This document shows, one piece after another, positions 37,473 to 50,070 of a stretch of DNA of 64,000 nt; the stretch's first letter is position 1, and each line of letters starts with the position of its first letter. The stretch comes from Camelus ferus (taxonomy: Eukaryota). The stretch covers positions 91,638,001 to 91,702,000 of the forward strand of contig NC_045696.1 in NCBI RefSeq assembly GCF_009834535.1. Reading direction: 5' to 3'. A program made the translations under genes and the position numbers. The notes beneath the pieces were generated by a model. That model did no database searches, was not told the origin of the DNA, and saw only the letters and a program-made list of their open reading frames with translations.

Positions 37473-38445
37473 TTGGGAGGAGGTGGGAGTGACAGCGGAG
37501 AGGACCTAGGGAGAGACGTGCAACCTCTTCCCTACTCATCCCGTGATCTGAGTCCACTTCCAGCTGCAGATTCCCTCCCCAGAACTTAAGAATTATTTGT
37601 TGTTTTGAAATCAGAGAAGGAAAAAGGAGGCTAATCAAAAAGCTGGCCTTAAATGGTGAAAATAAATGCGATATCAACATTCTGAATTTGTCCCTGTTGG
37701 TCCCCTTGTCCTTTCTCAGTCCCTTGCTTGTTTGCCATCTTTTGAATGTCTAAGTCCGGGGTGGTGGATCATGGAATGGCCTCTAGGTGGTCAGGGTCAG
37801 TGGGCTGGAGGAGACTGGGAAAGAGGAGCCCTTCTACAGGGATGCCATTCAGGTTGTCACTGTTTAGTGTACGATTTCTTCCTGTTTGGACTTAAAGTCC
37901 TGCTTTTTCAAACACGGAGTTTTAGGCCATGGTGAGTTCTGGGAAGGCAGAAAGATGTCAAGAAAGGGTGATTGCTGACCCAAGAGCCCAGAGCATGTGC
38001 CTGTGCTTTCCTCTGTCAGGGGAAATGAGGTGCTGGACTCACCACTCACAGGAGGTGTGTTGAGAGACAGCCTCAAGCTGCCACGGGAAACACTGCTGAC
38101 ATCCGTTCACTTTAGACCACTCCATTTACTTTGATTCCATTGAACTTCATTCCATTTTCTCCCCAAGCCCGAAGAAGTCTAGAAAAGGGGACATTGAAAA
38201 TAATTTAAAAGTTAAACGAGGCATGAAATAACCCATCACATTAAAGTGAGGTTGCAGAGATTCACCATCTTAAGGGATTGCTTAGAGGACCTTTTAGAAG
38301 TTTTCTGTTGGAGAATTATGGACACAAAAAAACGGAACAAAACTAACCCCTTCACTGAGGAGGAAAGGTTACCTGGAGCTCATTATTTCATTTGTCACGT
38401 CTAAGATTCATCAGATCACAATAAGGATATAGGAAGGGAATGTGT

Positions 38446-38467
38446 GGGGTGGGGGTGGGGGTGGGGG
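38446..38467 (+). other. Canonical G-quadruplex-forming motif
   Basis: GGGGTGGGGGTGGGGGTGGGGG, four G-runs with 1-nt loops. Confidence 0.7.
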
Positions 38468-39838
38468 TGTGAACGTGCTTCATCTGTGACTAATGTCTCC
38501 AACAATGAGAAGAAAGTAATCTTTGCCTTCTGTAGAGGGAAGGTGGAATTCAAAGTTGTGAAGAATCATCCTACCTGGAAGCCACCACAGCCTCCTAGGT
38601 TCCAGCACAGCTGGGCTCTTAGATGTTCATCCACTTCTTCCAAAGGCAGGTCAAAGAAGATGGTGTTTTATTGAGATAATACAATTCAAGGGCTCTTTCA
38701 TAGCAGAACCCCCCCCCCCCCAAATACCCCCATTATCTGGATACCAGTTCCTTCTTAGCCAAGGTTGACAGGAAACCCCTAAATTATTATTATTGTTTGT
38801 TTGTATGTATGTTTGTTAATTCTGTTTTGGTCTTAAAAACATAGCAGAACTTCTATATCCAAATGGATAAAGACCCTGAGAGCTTTCAGATCACCAAAAA
38901 AAAGTGGGAGCAGAGCCATCCACATCAGGTCCCCAGCGGATGATTCTACGCTAGTACCCTCTCTTCCATTCCCGACAGGTTTTCTGGTGGTGCACATGGT
39001 ATATTCAAGTGTGAGCAAGTCGATCCCTCCCTCCAGTCACCTTTACCGGACTGTCACTCTGTGTCTGCAGCAACTATACACCCGTCTGAAAATGATAAAA
39101 GCAGGCTCCTGAGGAGATAGGGTCTTACAAGAGATTAGTATCAATTATCTGCCTTTGTGGATATCCTATCAGTTATCACATTTATTTTTAAGAAAAAAAT
39201 GTTTAAGCTATTGGAGCTGAAAATTCAGTTTATTTTCCGTATAATATGGTACAGAAGAAAGGGTTCCGGAAGTGGCAACTTAATTTGTATCTAATTTCAG
39301 CAATAAATTGCAGACTGCTTCCAGCTTGAATGAGCAGTGAGGTATAGCTCCCAGTAGTTACTTATTTTAGCAGCACTCCCTCAGGATGAATGCTAGCTAT
39401 TTTCAGTTGCATGTGGGAAAACCAAGGGCACTGCCAAGCTGTGGCAAGTTGGCATCGCATGTATGAGCTGTCAACCTTGATGCTTAGTTCCACTCAGATT
39501 CATTTCTGATTTTCAGTTGGCGTGTGACCTTTTTCTTTATTCAATTTGAGGTCCTGATCACTTCCTTTCTCTGCCTTCCTAACTTCCCACCTATCTCTAC
39601 CCACATAGGCAGCTTCTGGCTGAATCCATCTAATAATAACGGCGTGAGTGCCAAGTGGGTTGTATAAAATCCTTAGGGAGAGATGTGAAATGAAGCACAT
39701 TGTTCTTAAGGGCTCCCAGGGACCACAGTGTACCCATTGACAAAAACAAACTAATATGCTGCGAAATTATACGTCTTTCTCTATAATTTATGCAGAATGA
39801 GATAATGCTGGGATCGTGCCTGAAATAGCTATGGTATA

Positions 39839-40355
39839 TGTGGTAGGCAGCCTCTAAAACGGCGCAGGGTACGCCACCTACTCGTATTCACTCCCTGGGT
39901 GAACTGTCCTCACATGTGGGCTGGACCTGGTGAACCTCTTTAAACAGAAGATGACAGAAATGATGGGATGTCACTTTGGAGATTAAATTTCAGAAGACTG
40001 TGTCTGTCTGTCTGTCTGTCTGTCTCTTCCACCCACCCCTCACCTCTATCTTTCTGCCATCTGCCATGTTGTGAGCTTCCCTACAGAGACACATGTGGCA
40101 AGGGACTGATGTCTCCAGCCAGGAGCCAGGGATAACCTGAGGCCACCCAACAGCCATGTGAATGAGCCTGGAGGTTGTTCCTCCCTCAGCGGACTGTTGA
40201 GATGTCAGTAGCCTTGGCTGACACCCTGAATGCAGCCTGTGAGGACCACTGAGCTATGCCTGGATTCCTGACCCACAGAAACTGAGATAATTCATTTGTT
40301 GTTTTAAGCACCTAAGTTTTGGAGTTATGTGTTATACAGCAATAGAAATATAATA
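39839..40355 (+). mobile_element. Solo MaLR LTR, MLT1F-like
   Basis: 'tgtggtaggcagcctctaa...tgatgggatgtcacttt...ctgccatgttgtgagc...ttcctgacccacagaaact...ctaagttttggagttatgtgttatacagcaatag'. Confidence 0.88.
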
Positions 40356-40989
40356 TTAGTACTAATATTCCCTAAAGCAGGTAGTTAAGAGCCTCCAGTG
40401 ACCCCATTAGAGGTCTGTCTCCAGCCTCATCTCCCGCCTCCAGCCCCACCATCATCTCTGGGGCTACTTTTTGGCCACACATTATTCTTAGGTAATTTTG
40501 TGTCTTTCTATGACATGTTTCTTCTGCCTGTATCAGCCAGTGTCCTCTTTTCCATATAAATTCCTGCTTACCCCCCAACACCTGGCTCAGACTGCCTTTT
40601 GGAAAACCTTCCTAACTCTGCCAGGCAGAGCTCCTGTCCCTTGCCTTGGGTTTTGCCTCTGCCTGTGCTGTAGCATGTCATGCTGTGCTGTCTGGATTGG
40701 CAGACCCACTAGGCTGCAACTCCTGGGGGGACAGGAAACTTTTATTCATCTTTCAATCCCTGGTACCTTGCACAGCACAGTGATAGAACACCATGCCTGG
40801 AACGGAACAATGACTGTTTTGCAGAAGCAAGGATCCGAGGCAGAAGAGTATCTGGTAGCTAGTATCTGTGGCTCAGATGGTGCTCTAGCCTCTGAAGAGG
40901 GGCTCACTGCAGGGGAGCTCGTTGGAATAGTACAGGTATGGAATACATTGTAAGCCTATCTCCTCCATCACCATGTCCTGATAATTGTG

Positions 40990-41610
40990 CCTCCTGTACT
41001 GAATCTTCCCCCTTTCTCTCCTCCATGGCTCTTCTCCTAGTCTTGAACTCACCTGTAACACCTTACTAAGTGGTCTCATGACATCCACTTATGATCCTTT
41101 GCAAGCTCTTCTTGCCAAGCTTTGGCAGCTGGAGCAATCCTTCTAAAATGCACATTTGATCACATCGCCTATCCACTGAAACACTTCAGTGGCTCCCTAA
41201 GCATGGCCTGTCCAGCCTTGCCGTGCATCCTGCCCTTCTCACTGTCTGTGCTCTGGTCACACTCACATCTTTCACTACCTGGAAGAGACAAGTGCTGTCC
41301 CACCTCAGAAATGCATGGGACCCGCCTGCCCTAGTTAATCCTATTTCTTCAGATTTCATTTCACTTATCAGTTCCTCAGAAATTTCCCTGACATACCTTA
41401 TTAAATCAAACCCCTTACATACTCAGGGCACCACAAATTGCAATGTCATGTTAATTTGCATATTTGATCAAGGTCATTTCCTTCTCTATTGCGTAAGTTC
41501 CATGAGGGCAGGGACCTGTGTGTTTTTGCTGACGTTGTATATTTGGTACCCAGTATGACCCAGCCAAGAGCAGGCATTCAATCAGTATTTGTTGAGTGAA
41601 ATGAATGAAT
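40990..41610 (+). mobile_element. L2 LINE 3' portion
   Basis: 'ccttctaaaatgcacatttgatcac...cttcagtggctccc...gtaagttccatgagggcagggac...caatcagtatttgttgagtgaaatgaatgaat'. Confidence 0.85.
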
Positions 41611-41899
41611 TATGGGTGCTATTAAGGGTACATGGAGGAAAAACAGGAAGAATGAGGATTGAATGGAACCCAAAGCTGGGGCACAGGAAGGTAATTTGAA
41701 TGTACACCATCCTAAAATAGGATGTTGGCGTTTCTTTAGACTAATTACAAAATTTACAGAGTGCGCACCACTTATAGTTATACGTAACTCCCCTCCCCCC
41801 AGGCCACAACTGCCTCAGGGGAAACCAAGGATTTCAGGTCAGTTACCCGGGGGGGGCTTTGGGCTCTGCCTTCTCACCTTTTCCACCCAACCAGCCACA

Positions 41900-42270
41900 C
41901 CAGCTCTACCTCCCTGGGGACTCGTGCCAGCTCTCCTCGGCAAGGAGGTGGGGAGGGCTGTGCTGGGGCCAGAGACTCACCGGGGCCCCTTTCTCAGGGG
42001 CTCCGCGTGTTTGCGTCACTGCCACCCCAGCGCGGCCCTACAGCCCTGGTCATACACAAGCGAGGTCGGCTGCCAACCCGCAGCGCCACCCTTCTCCGCT
42101 GGGGGCGCAAAGGCCGCATCGCGCTGGCTGCCCCCGGGGGTGCTTCTGCGTCCCTTCCCCCTCACCCGCTGTGGAGGGTGGAGGGGGACTGGTTCCCACC
42201 CACCCGCACCCTTACAGCTCATTAGCCTGCGATGGAGCAATAATCCATTTCCCTCGCCTCTCCCGTAGGT
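41900..42270. promoter_or_regulatory. Small CpG-rich element
   Basis: Local CpG enrichment ending at a good plus-strand acceptor 'tttccctcgcctctcccgtag'. Confidence 0.45.
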
Positions 42271-43723
42271 GATTCCCACCCTTCCTAGATTGTCATCTCT
42301 CCCAGCAGTTTTGTAGCAGGCAAGTCATTTCCTTTTATTTGTTCATGAATCGTAAATCAGGGGTCTAGGGCCTGCCAGTGTGTTTCATTTCCCGATCCGG
42401 GTTTCATCCAGGGCCCAGGGAGCCGGACAGGACTCGAGGTAGCAGCCATTCATCCCACAAACATTTACTGCATCAGAGAGGGAGAGAGATGAGTAAATGC
42501 TGCCCTTGCCCCAGGAACTCATCATCTTCTGGGGCTCTTTACATGCACCTTCACCTCTGGATGAGGTATTCAGACGTTTGGCCACAGCTGAGAGGCTATC
42601 CTCTCTACCCTGATTGTTGCCAAGAGCCAGGAGTTCAGAAGAATGTTAATCTGTTTTTCTTCCAGCTTTTCCTACACAGATGACAATATCATTACCCTCA
42701 GCTTTTATGGTGCAAGCCTATACACAGATCACAGGGTCCAGGAGGGGTCGTGAGTCATTTGAGATAATTACCTTTTTTCTTTCCTAGGTCTTCCAGATCT
42801 GTGAATCAGTGATGTGGAAAACTGGGCCTCGGAAAAATTCAGGGAGGCTTGAAGTGAGCAAAGCAGAGCAAAGTGTTGGCAGGAGCCGAGGGCTGCCACA
42901 GTGGGAAAATCAAGCAGTGCGTCACTTAAAGGAGCTCATGGTGATGTGTACCTCCTCTTAGCAGCCTCTGCACAGGCTGGGACAGTCAGATCACTGTGAC
43001 TTGGGCAGGGATGAGTACACAGCACAGCCAGGGTGTTCTAGAGGTGTGTGGTGTCAGGACGGCCTGTGCCAGCTTTATTTATTTTCCTGAGTCATTTGAA
43101 CAAAGCCCTTTTTGGGCTAACCTTGCGGTAACAGGAACCCACCACAAATCCAGAAGCTTCTGCCCCCACTGCCTTTGCTCCCGAAGCACAGTGCTGTTGT
43201 CTGTTGAGTGGTGTGGTCCTCATCACATGGCAGCTGATGGATGAGCCGTCCCTTCTCCGGGCTGTGAGCGCCTCCAGGCAGGAACCTTGGCCCAGTTTCT
43301 TCCGTGTCTGCAGGGCCCAGCGCAGCGTGCAGCATCTAGTAGGCACCTGATGCATAAATGAATGGCTATCGGGACATACAGGAGGCTTAAGCGGGAATGA
43401 GTTCAACAGTGACGTACTGTGTTGGTTCTCCACAGTGTGCAGGACCCAAGGAAGGAATAATTTGTCCTTTCTAGAAAAGGCCTGTCTCGTGTCGGGGTTG
43501 CACAAGGGAAGGTGGCAGCCAGCTGGGGATCCAGGTGGGTAGAGGTAGATGAAAATGGGGAAGATGACACAGGAGATGATGTTCATCTCAGGGAGACATC
43601 AGAGCATCCCAGGAAGAGCCCAGATTCTCCAGGAAATTGAGAGAGTGCCTGGGAACAGGGTTGGGAGACCCAAATCTCATCCCCCACAAAGGCCCCCAGG
43701 CAACGCTGGCATTTTCCTATGGC

Positions 43724-43742
43724 TGACCACTAGGGGGCAGGC
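43724..43742 (+). promoter_or_regulatory. Strong CTCF motif
   Basis: TGACCACTAGGGGGCAGGC. Confidence 0.65.
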
Positions 43743-44117
43743 ACTGGCAGGAGAAGAGGTGAGGAGGCCGCATGACTGCTCCTGGGCTCCAGGGCTGGGC
43801 TCATCAGGCTGAAGTGCACCCAGGCTCGCATCCAATACACTGGGCTGTTTGTATTACCCAGCCAACAGGGCCCGGCCTCTCTTCCTGCCTGTCGTGGCCT
43901 CTGTGATTTTATATGGTGTGGCCTGTGACATGAGAAACCATGAGACCATGGTAACCAAAGAACACATCTCGGTGTGAATGTTAATAAACAGGAAAAAAGT
44001 AATCCCTGGCTTTGTTCTTATACTCACCATTTGTGGTTTTTCTACCCATGCCTCACATATCCTTTATTATCCTGAACAATCAAGAGGAACTAAATTCCAC
44101 TACTTTTAAAAATAAAA

Positions 44118-44177
44118 AGGTAAATGGGGAAAGTATGCCCGGGTCTCCTGCTTCATCTAGGCTTGAAAATAGTAACA
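44118..44177 (+). repeat. Left arm of a 60-bp dispersed inverted repeat
   Basis: aggtaaatggggaaagtatgcccgggtctcctgcttcatctaggcttgaaaatagtaaca; 55/60 ungapped match to the reverse complement of 46223-46282. Confidence 0.95.
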
Positions 44178-46222
44178 CATTTCCTCATGTGCGAGTTACC
44201 ACTTCCTCCTGATACTCTGTCCACCGCTCCTCATGTGTACCAACATACCATCTCAAGGGAAAATCATTTTCTGGATAATTCCCACATGCCTTGAGGAGTC
44301 ATTTCCTTCTAAGAAACTCCTGGTGATGGGAACTCTTGGTTTAAAGTTTTCCTCAGCCTCAAGGATTGAATGTAAACAGTCCTCCTGTACAAATTATCCT
44401 CCTATACAAATGATCAGGCCCATAGACCCGGGACTCACACTAGAGTGAGCATAAAGAAAGAAAACATTTTACCAGGCCAGACCACAGAAATGAAAGTCCT
44501 TGTGTAGAAATGAGTCGCTTCATACAAAATCAGAGGTTCTGCCTGCTGAGAATGTCCGATTAGAAGCCCATCAATGCTTCTTAACATTAATGGAAAGTTT
44601 TGTTTTAATTCAGTTAAAGCCTCTTTAATGAATAGCACCTTTAATTGGAATGAGAACAAACCAACCATATTGCATGAGCCAATGGAAAATGGTAAAACCG
44701 TGCTAAAAGAAACGGTTTTCTAGTGGAATCAGAATTCTTACACAAACCTTTTCAGACTGCCGACTTTTTTGAATGCTACCCCTGATTTCATTCCAACAGC
44801 AATCACAGCTGAGAAATATAAAGATAAAGCATGTCAGGTTACTTCAATGGTTTGCAAAATTCTCAAGAATTTTCTAAAAATATGCATTTCCAATGATACA
44901 TAGATTAGTTCCTCTAAAATGGCTTGATTTTCAATTAAAAACAAGCAAACAGGCTTGGATATATTTGGACACAGATGTTGCTGGAGGTTCCAGATTCCAT
45001 TGTTTAAAGGTATTCTGTAAATATGACAAAAAGTGTTGAAAAGGCATCCATCTGATTGGGTATTCAGGCTTACAAAGAAAGTAATTACAGGGCCAGAGAC
45101 TGGGAGTCAGCCCATATTCATCTAAATTCCCTTTTGCACATCAACATGGCTTGACCTTGATTTTTTTAGATGCAAGTAAAGGACATTGATGTAATTCACA
45201 TAAACCAGTTTTTAAAATTCCCTGAGGGGTCTGGAATCAGAAATGACAGACTTGATGGACATAAGCTTGAAGGAGTAACCAACTCTTAAGTAATTACAGT
45301 GGTTTTAAAAACAGTATCTTCCCTTCTTATTGAGTTAATTTTCATCTTCTTTCTAGGAAACATTTGTTTGCCTGGTACTTTGGAAAAGATCCAACTGCAG
45401 GCATTCCCCCCGGCCCCACCGCCCTTTGGCTTTTGAGTCTCCCCACTGGCCCTTGGTGCCTCTGCGGTGGCCTCTGTGGTCAGCAGCCATCTCTGCTGCT
45501 GAAGTGACCTCCAACCTTCCTCGCCTTTCTCTGAGGGCAGGGGCCTCGCTTCTCTTCCTGACAAAGCACTTTCAGTCAACTCTTGGATTTCTTCATGGTT
45601 GATTAAACTGTCTGTGTTTATTCAGGACCCTTCTCCTCTTTCTGTGTCCGGCTGCTGACCTTTCAGTGGGTTCATTGTAGAGGAGAAAGCTCACAGGGCC
45701 GTCCATCTGACTGCTTTTTTGCAGCTCTGGTAAAGACTGGATCCCGGAAAATGTTTAGGCCATGGAAATATTAGTACGTCTTCAAAGCTTATGACTGTTC
45801 ACCTGGGTATTTTTCTGAGTTGCTGTTACCTAGTGAGGCCTGAGGCGTATGAATAATACTAGGTGCCCTGTGAGTTATAACCCCTTGCATCTCCCTTGAA
45901 CCTCACTGATGCTGATTATCTTGCCAGTAGGCTCCACAGGGCTTCACATGGTCTGTGGCTCCTCATGAGAATAGATTTAGTCTTTATTGCTTGGAAATGG
46001 AAAGGAGAGAGAAACTGAAGTACAGAGAGTTTTGTGCAGTGGCCAAAAGACAGGCCAGAACAAATACCTTAAGGCAGAGCCCCCTTTAAGAGATTCTTGT
46101 CAGCATGACCCCTGAGCCCCAGCCTGGAACCCTAGTCTGCCTCCCCCAGTGGCACCCACGCTCCAGGCGCAGGTCAAATGCAAGTTCTATCATGGGCAGG
46201 GTCACCCCCTTCACCCAACACT

Positions 46223-46282
46223 TGTTACTATTTTCAAGCCTAGATGAAGCAGAAGACCAGGGCATATTTTCCACATCTACCT
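46223..46282 (-). repeat. Right arm of the 60-bp dispersed inverted repeat
   Basis: Reverse complement reads aggtagatgtggaaaatatgccctggtcttctgcttcatctaggcttgaaaatagtaaca. Confidence 0.95.
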
Positions 46283-46967
46283 GCTGTAGGTCTGAAAATG
46301 ACATCTTTGTATTTTGCCTGTTTGTGTGTGACTCTTACCACTCTGTCTTGACTGCAAGTGCTGGGGCGCGGGGACTGTGCCTCTGTGTCTTCGCCTGTCT
46401 GGACACCTCGGTGCATACTTAGTGAAAGCATGGCTGAACGGAGGTGTTGATGGATGCCCTCCGAAGGCTTTCTCCTACATTCCTTCAGTGCCGCCTCACT
46501 CACCCATGATAACGCTACCCTCTCTCGCCATTTCGCAGAATGCGCTCAGCTCCCAGCCTGTCCAGTTGGCGTGGCCTGATTTCCCCCTTTCTTTATTTGT
46601 CCGTCTCACCTGCATATAAAGTGCTACTGAGTCATTAGTCTCCATCTCACATTGTAAATGCTTAGGGGACCAAGGTGCCATTGAATTTTCTTTGCCAGTT
46701 ACCTGACAATAACACAGTGAGAGGCCAGATGCTCTCTAGATGCTTAACAGACTTCAGAAGACAATGCTTATAATCAGAGAAGTGGATCACTAGAGGTGAC
46801 TCCTGGTTCTCTTCGAATTACTTGGCGGTCCAGGACTTGGTGTGTGTTTTCGCTCACCACTGAGCCCTCCCTCGTTATGAATCCCCCATATACATTCTGT
46901 TTGGTTTAGCGGCACATGAATTGGTGCAAGATCAGGAGAACAATTCTCTGAAGGCAAGGCTTCTGGG

Positions 46968-47166
46968 CAGCGGCTCTTCGACATTTGGGGATAATTCTTT
47001 GTCGTGGGGGGGCTGTCATGTGCACTGTAGGATGTTTAGCAGCATTCCTCGTCTCTACCCCACTAGGTGCTGGCAGCATTCCCCAGCTGCAGCAACACAA
47101 CCGGCTCCAGACACTGTCAGATGTCCCCTTTGGGAGGGAGGCAAACATGCAGGTTGGGAACTACTG
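46968..47166 (+). mobile_element. MER20 (hAT-Charlie)
   Basis: 'gacatttggggataattctttgtcgtggggg...gtgcactgtaggatgtttagcagcat...tccagacactgtcagatgtcccc...ggttgggaactactg'. Confidence 0.88.
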
Positions 47167-49366
47167 CCTAAGGGTTAAAGGATGGAGGGGGGAAATGATC
47201 ACAACCAGGGTTTCTTCCTCTCTTTGGAGGTTTTTTGGTTTTGTTTTTTTAAATGTAACCATCATGGTGTTCTGGCCTAGCCAGTGTTGAGGAGAGTCAC
47301 CCAAAATGCGTTTAAATTATGTAGTGCTTCACCTCTTTGCCCTTTTTTTCCCTGTTAGGGGCCAATTTTTACCTCCATCATTGCCACTGGGTTGGGCCCT
47401 GCTTTCTGTGGCTTGATCTCATCTTGCTTTAGGAATCCCACTGGATTTCAACAAACTCTGTGGCGCACATGCTGAACAGCTGGGAGAGGCAGCCAGCCGG
47501 AGGCGCCGGGCAGCACTGCCTGCAGTCCCTGGCCTGGACACTGCCCTTGTGATGACACTGTGCTCCTCACTTTTGGAAAAACTAGATTTTTCTTCCCTGG
47601 GAATTAAAAAGCCATTGGGGGCAATAATTCACACGAAACAAACTCACCAGAAACTAGGCTATGAACCAGACTGCTGTGGCAGTACGGCTTTAAAATGCGC
47701 ATCTTCCCAGAGTCCACCCGGGGTTTGGAAGGCAGGGCGGCAGCATGCATGTGGTCCAGAGTGCATGCAGAGCCCCCAGGCCACGGGCGCCAGGCCCTGG
47801 CTGGGTGCCTGGCCCCTTCTGTCTGTCTCAGCTGCCAAGGGATGACCCCTGTGGGCTGGTGGGTGGGGGTGAGGGGAGGAGGCTGGGATCCGAGAGGACA
47901 GTGAGAGCTGAAAAATGTGCACCATCTTTAGAAATCATTTACAGTTTCTGCTTCATTTAGATGTCAGGTCCTCAGGCTGAGTGCCACTTACCCTTCCAGA
48001 GCAGACATCTTTCCAGTAGACACCGTGCCTCCCAGTATCGGGATGATCGGAAAGCTGCAATAGCTGTGACAGAAGTGCAATCAGGACAGAGGAGTCAGGC
48101 GATGTCATGAGATATTCTCTCTGAGCAGTGGAAAAGCCTGGTGAAACAGCCCCGCTTCTGAGGAAAGCTCATCTCCCTTGAGATGGGAACAGTCCCCGCT
48201 GCCCCATGGGGGGCTGATCACTCATGAAGGGGGCTGATCGCCCCTGCAGGCTCTGCTTCTTCCGACCCCCTTGCCCTCCTTCCCTTGAGGACCACTCCTC
48301 TGTCATATGCTTTCCTCAAGGGTCTGGCCACTGTGTTGCTAACACAGTCTCATGGGAGTGACTGCAGGCATTCTGTGCACAGCTTCCAGAACACAGGCAT
48401 CAGTAAGGGCTTCTCCCAAACAGAGCTGCAGCTTCATGGATGCCCTGAGCAGTGACCCTGGGTCAGGTGTGTTCTCCAGGCTCGTCACACTGTGGGATGT
48501 CTTCTTCTTGACTGGAGTCTAACTTTGACAGACATTCTGCTAAGTGGACAGGGAATGCCTTTGTGAAGTTTGTATTTCTCCTAATAGAGGGGTTGGAAAA
48601 AGAAAAGCACATTGTGGTCCCCTTGTTTTCAACCAAGGAAAACAGAATGTCACCTCTTCTTCCACGCCATCAAGGTGGCTGGTGCTGCCTTTGGAGACCT
48701 GACCAGCAGAGGCTCTCTGCAGCTTGGGTCCTGCTGGAAACACAGCTCAGCGGGGCTGGCGGCGGGTCCTCAGGGTGTGGAAATGCATTAGCTCGACCTG
48801 CTTTTCTGTCACGAACCAAATAAGGCAATAAACAAACCATACCGAGGCCCCTTTTTGCCACTTGAGTCTTTCTCACTCCCATTGCTGGGCCTTTGTCAGC
48901 ATCCTTTGTCACTTTTGAAAATGTTATTTCTTAGAAAATAAAAGAACAGTGTGGCCATGGTTAGTGTTGCTGGTAAGTCCCATTGCTTGAGGTACATTTC
49001 ATACGATAGAAAAATATGAATCTGATCAGTGTGTTACAAAGCTTGTTACTACCGCAGCCTTCATCTTTGTCCCCACGGCACCTATGCTTCAAAACTGTGT
49101 TCTTCAAAAGCCATTGATTGTGCTGGGGAAACGGGATGAGCAGTGCGGTGTGATGCTGATTTCCGTTCAAAAGGAAAGAGAGGAGCACGAGAAAAAGCAG
49201 TGTGGTTCCAACAGGGCTCTCTGCAAGTGCTGTCTCCACACCGGTCTGGGTCGGGGAATATTCTATATTTTCTCTGTGTATTTAGTTTGCATGACCTCTT
49301 GTTCAGCCCTGTCTAAGCCATTATTCCTGACGCTTGTTTAGGTTGTGTGTCTTTTCCTCCTTACAG

Positions 49367-49540
49367 GTACCTCTGCTTCTCAGGGCTTTCACACTTGGCG
49401 TGAGCATCCTCTATCAACATAAAAAGATGTGGGGTCCTGGGTCCTGAGGACCAATGTGGAGCAGCTTTCTGGATCACTAATTTTACTCACAGATTTTTGG
49501 GAAATGTTTTTTATATTAAATAGTGATGTAACAGTGAAGC
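49367..49540 (+). ncRNA. Candidate terminal exon of a plus-strand lncRNA
   Basis: Branch-like CCTGAC 49326-49331; acceptor 'cttttcctccttacag|GT'; ATTAAA 49515-49520 followed by GT-rich sequence. Confidence 0.35.
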
Positions 49541-49647
49541 TGTGTGTTCAACTTGCATGAATTTTAAAGATAATGTACAATGCTTAAAAAACATGTTGTG
49601 CTTATAGCAGATGGTATAAGCCACTTCCTGAGACTCCTAAAGTGGGT

Positions 49648-50070
49648 CGTTCTATGAGCTGAATTGTGTCTCCCCAGATATGTTGATGTTCTAAGTCCAA
49701 GGACCTCAGAATATGAACTTACTTGGAAATAGGGTTGTTGCAGATGTAATTAGTTAAGTTTAGACAAGGTCATACTGGAGGGGAAATTCAGACCCAGACA
49801 TGCACACCGGGAGAACACCATGTGAACACAGAGGCAGAGATGGGGATGATGTGTCCACAAGGCAAGGATGCCAAAGATGGCCAGCAAGCCCCCAGAAGCC
49901 AGGAGACAGGCCTAGAACAGATTCTTCCTCTCAGCCTCAGAAGGAACCAATCCTGCCGACACCTTGATTTCAGACTTCTGGTCTCCAGAACTGGGAGACA
50001 GTACATTTCTGTTGTTGAAGCCCCCCAATCTGCTGTACTTTGTTACAGAAGCTCTGAGCAAGCTAATCCA
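49648..50070 (+). mobile_element. Solo MaLR LTR, MLT1C-like
   Basis: 'gctgaattgtgtctcccc...gacctcagaatatg...ttggaaatagggt...cctcagaaggaaccaatcctgccgacaccttgatttcagacttctggtctccagaact'. Confidence 0.9.

Noticed and set aside
44118..46282. Intact DNA transposon bounded by the inverted repeat
   Set aside because: There is no TSD, no transposase-like ORF inside, and the termini do not match a family I recognise. It is kept only as an unexplained inverted repeat.
48209..48248. 20-bp imperfect tandem repeat (gggggctgatc twice)
   Set aside because: Two diverged copies only; an ordinary local duplication.
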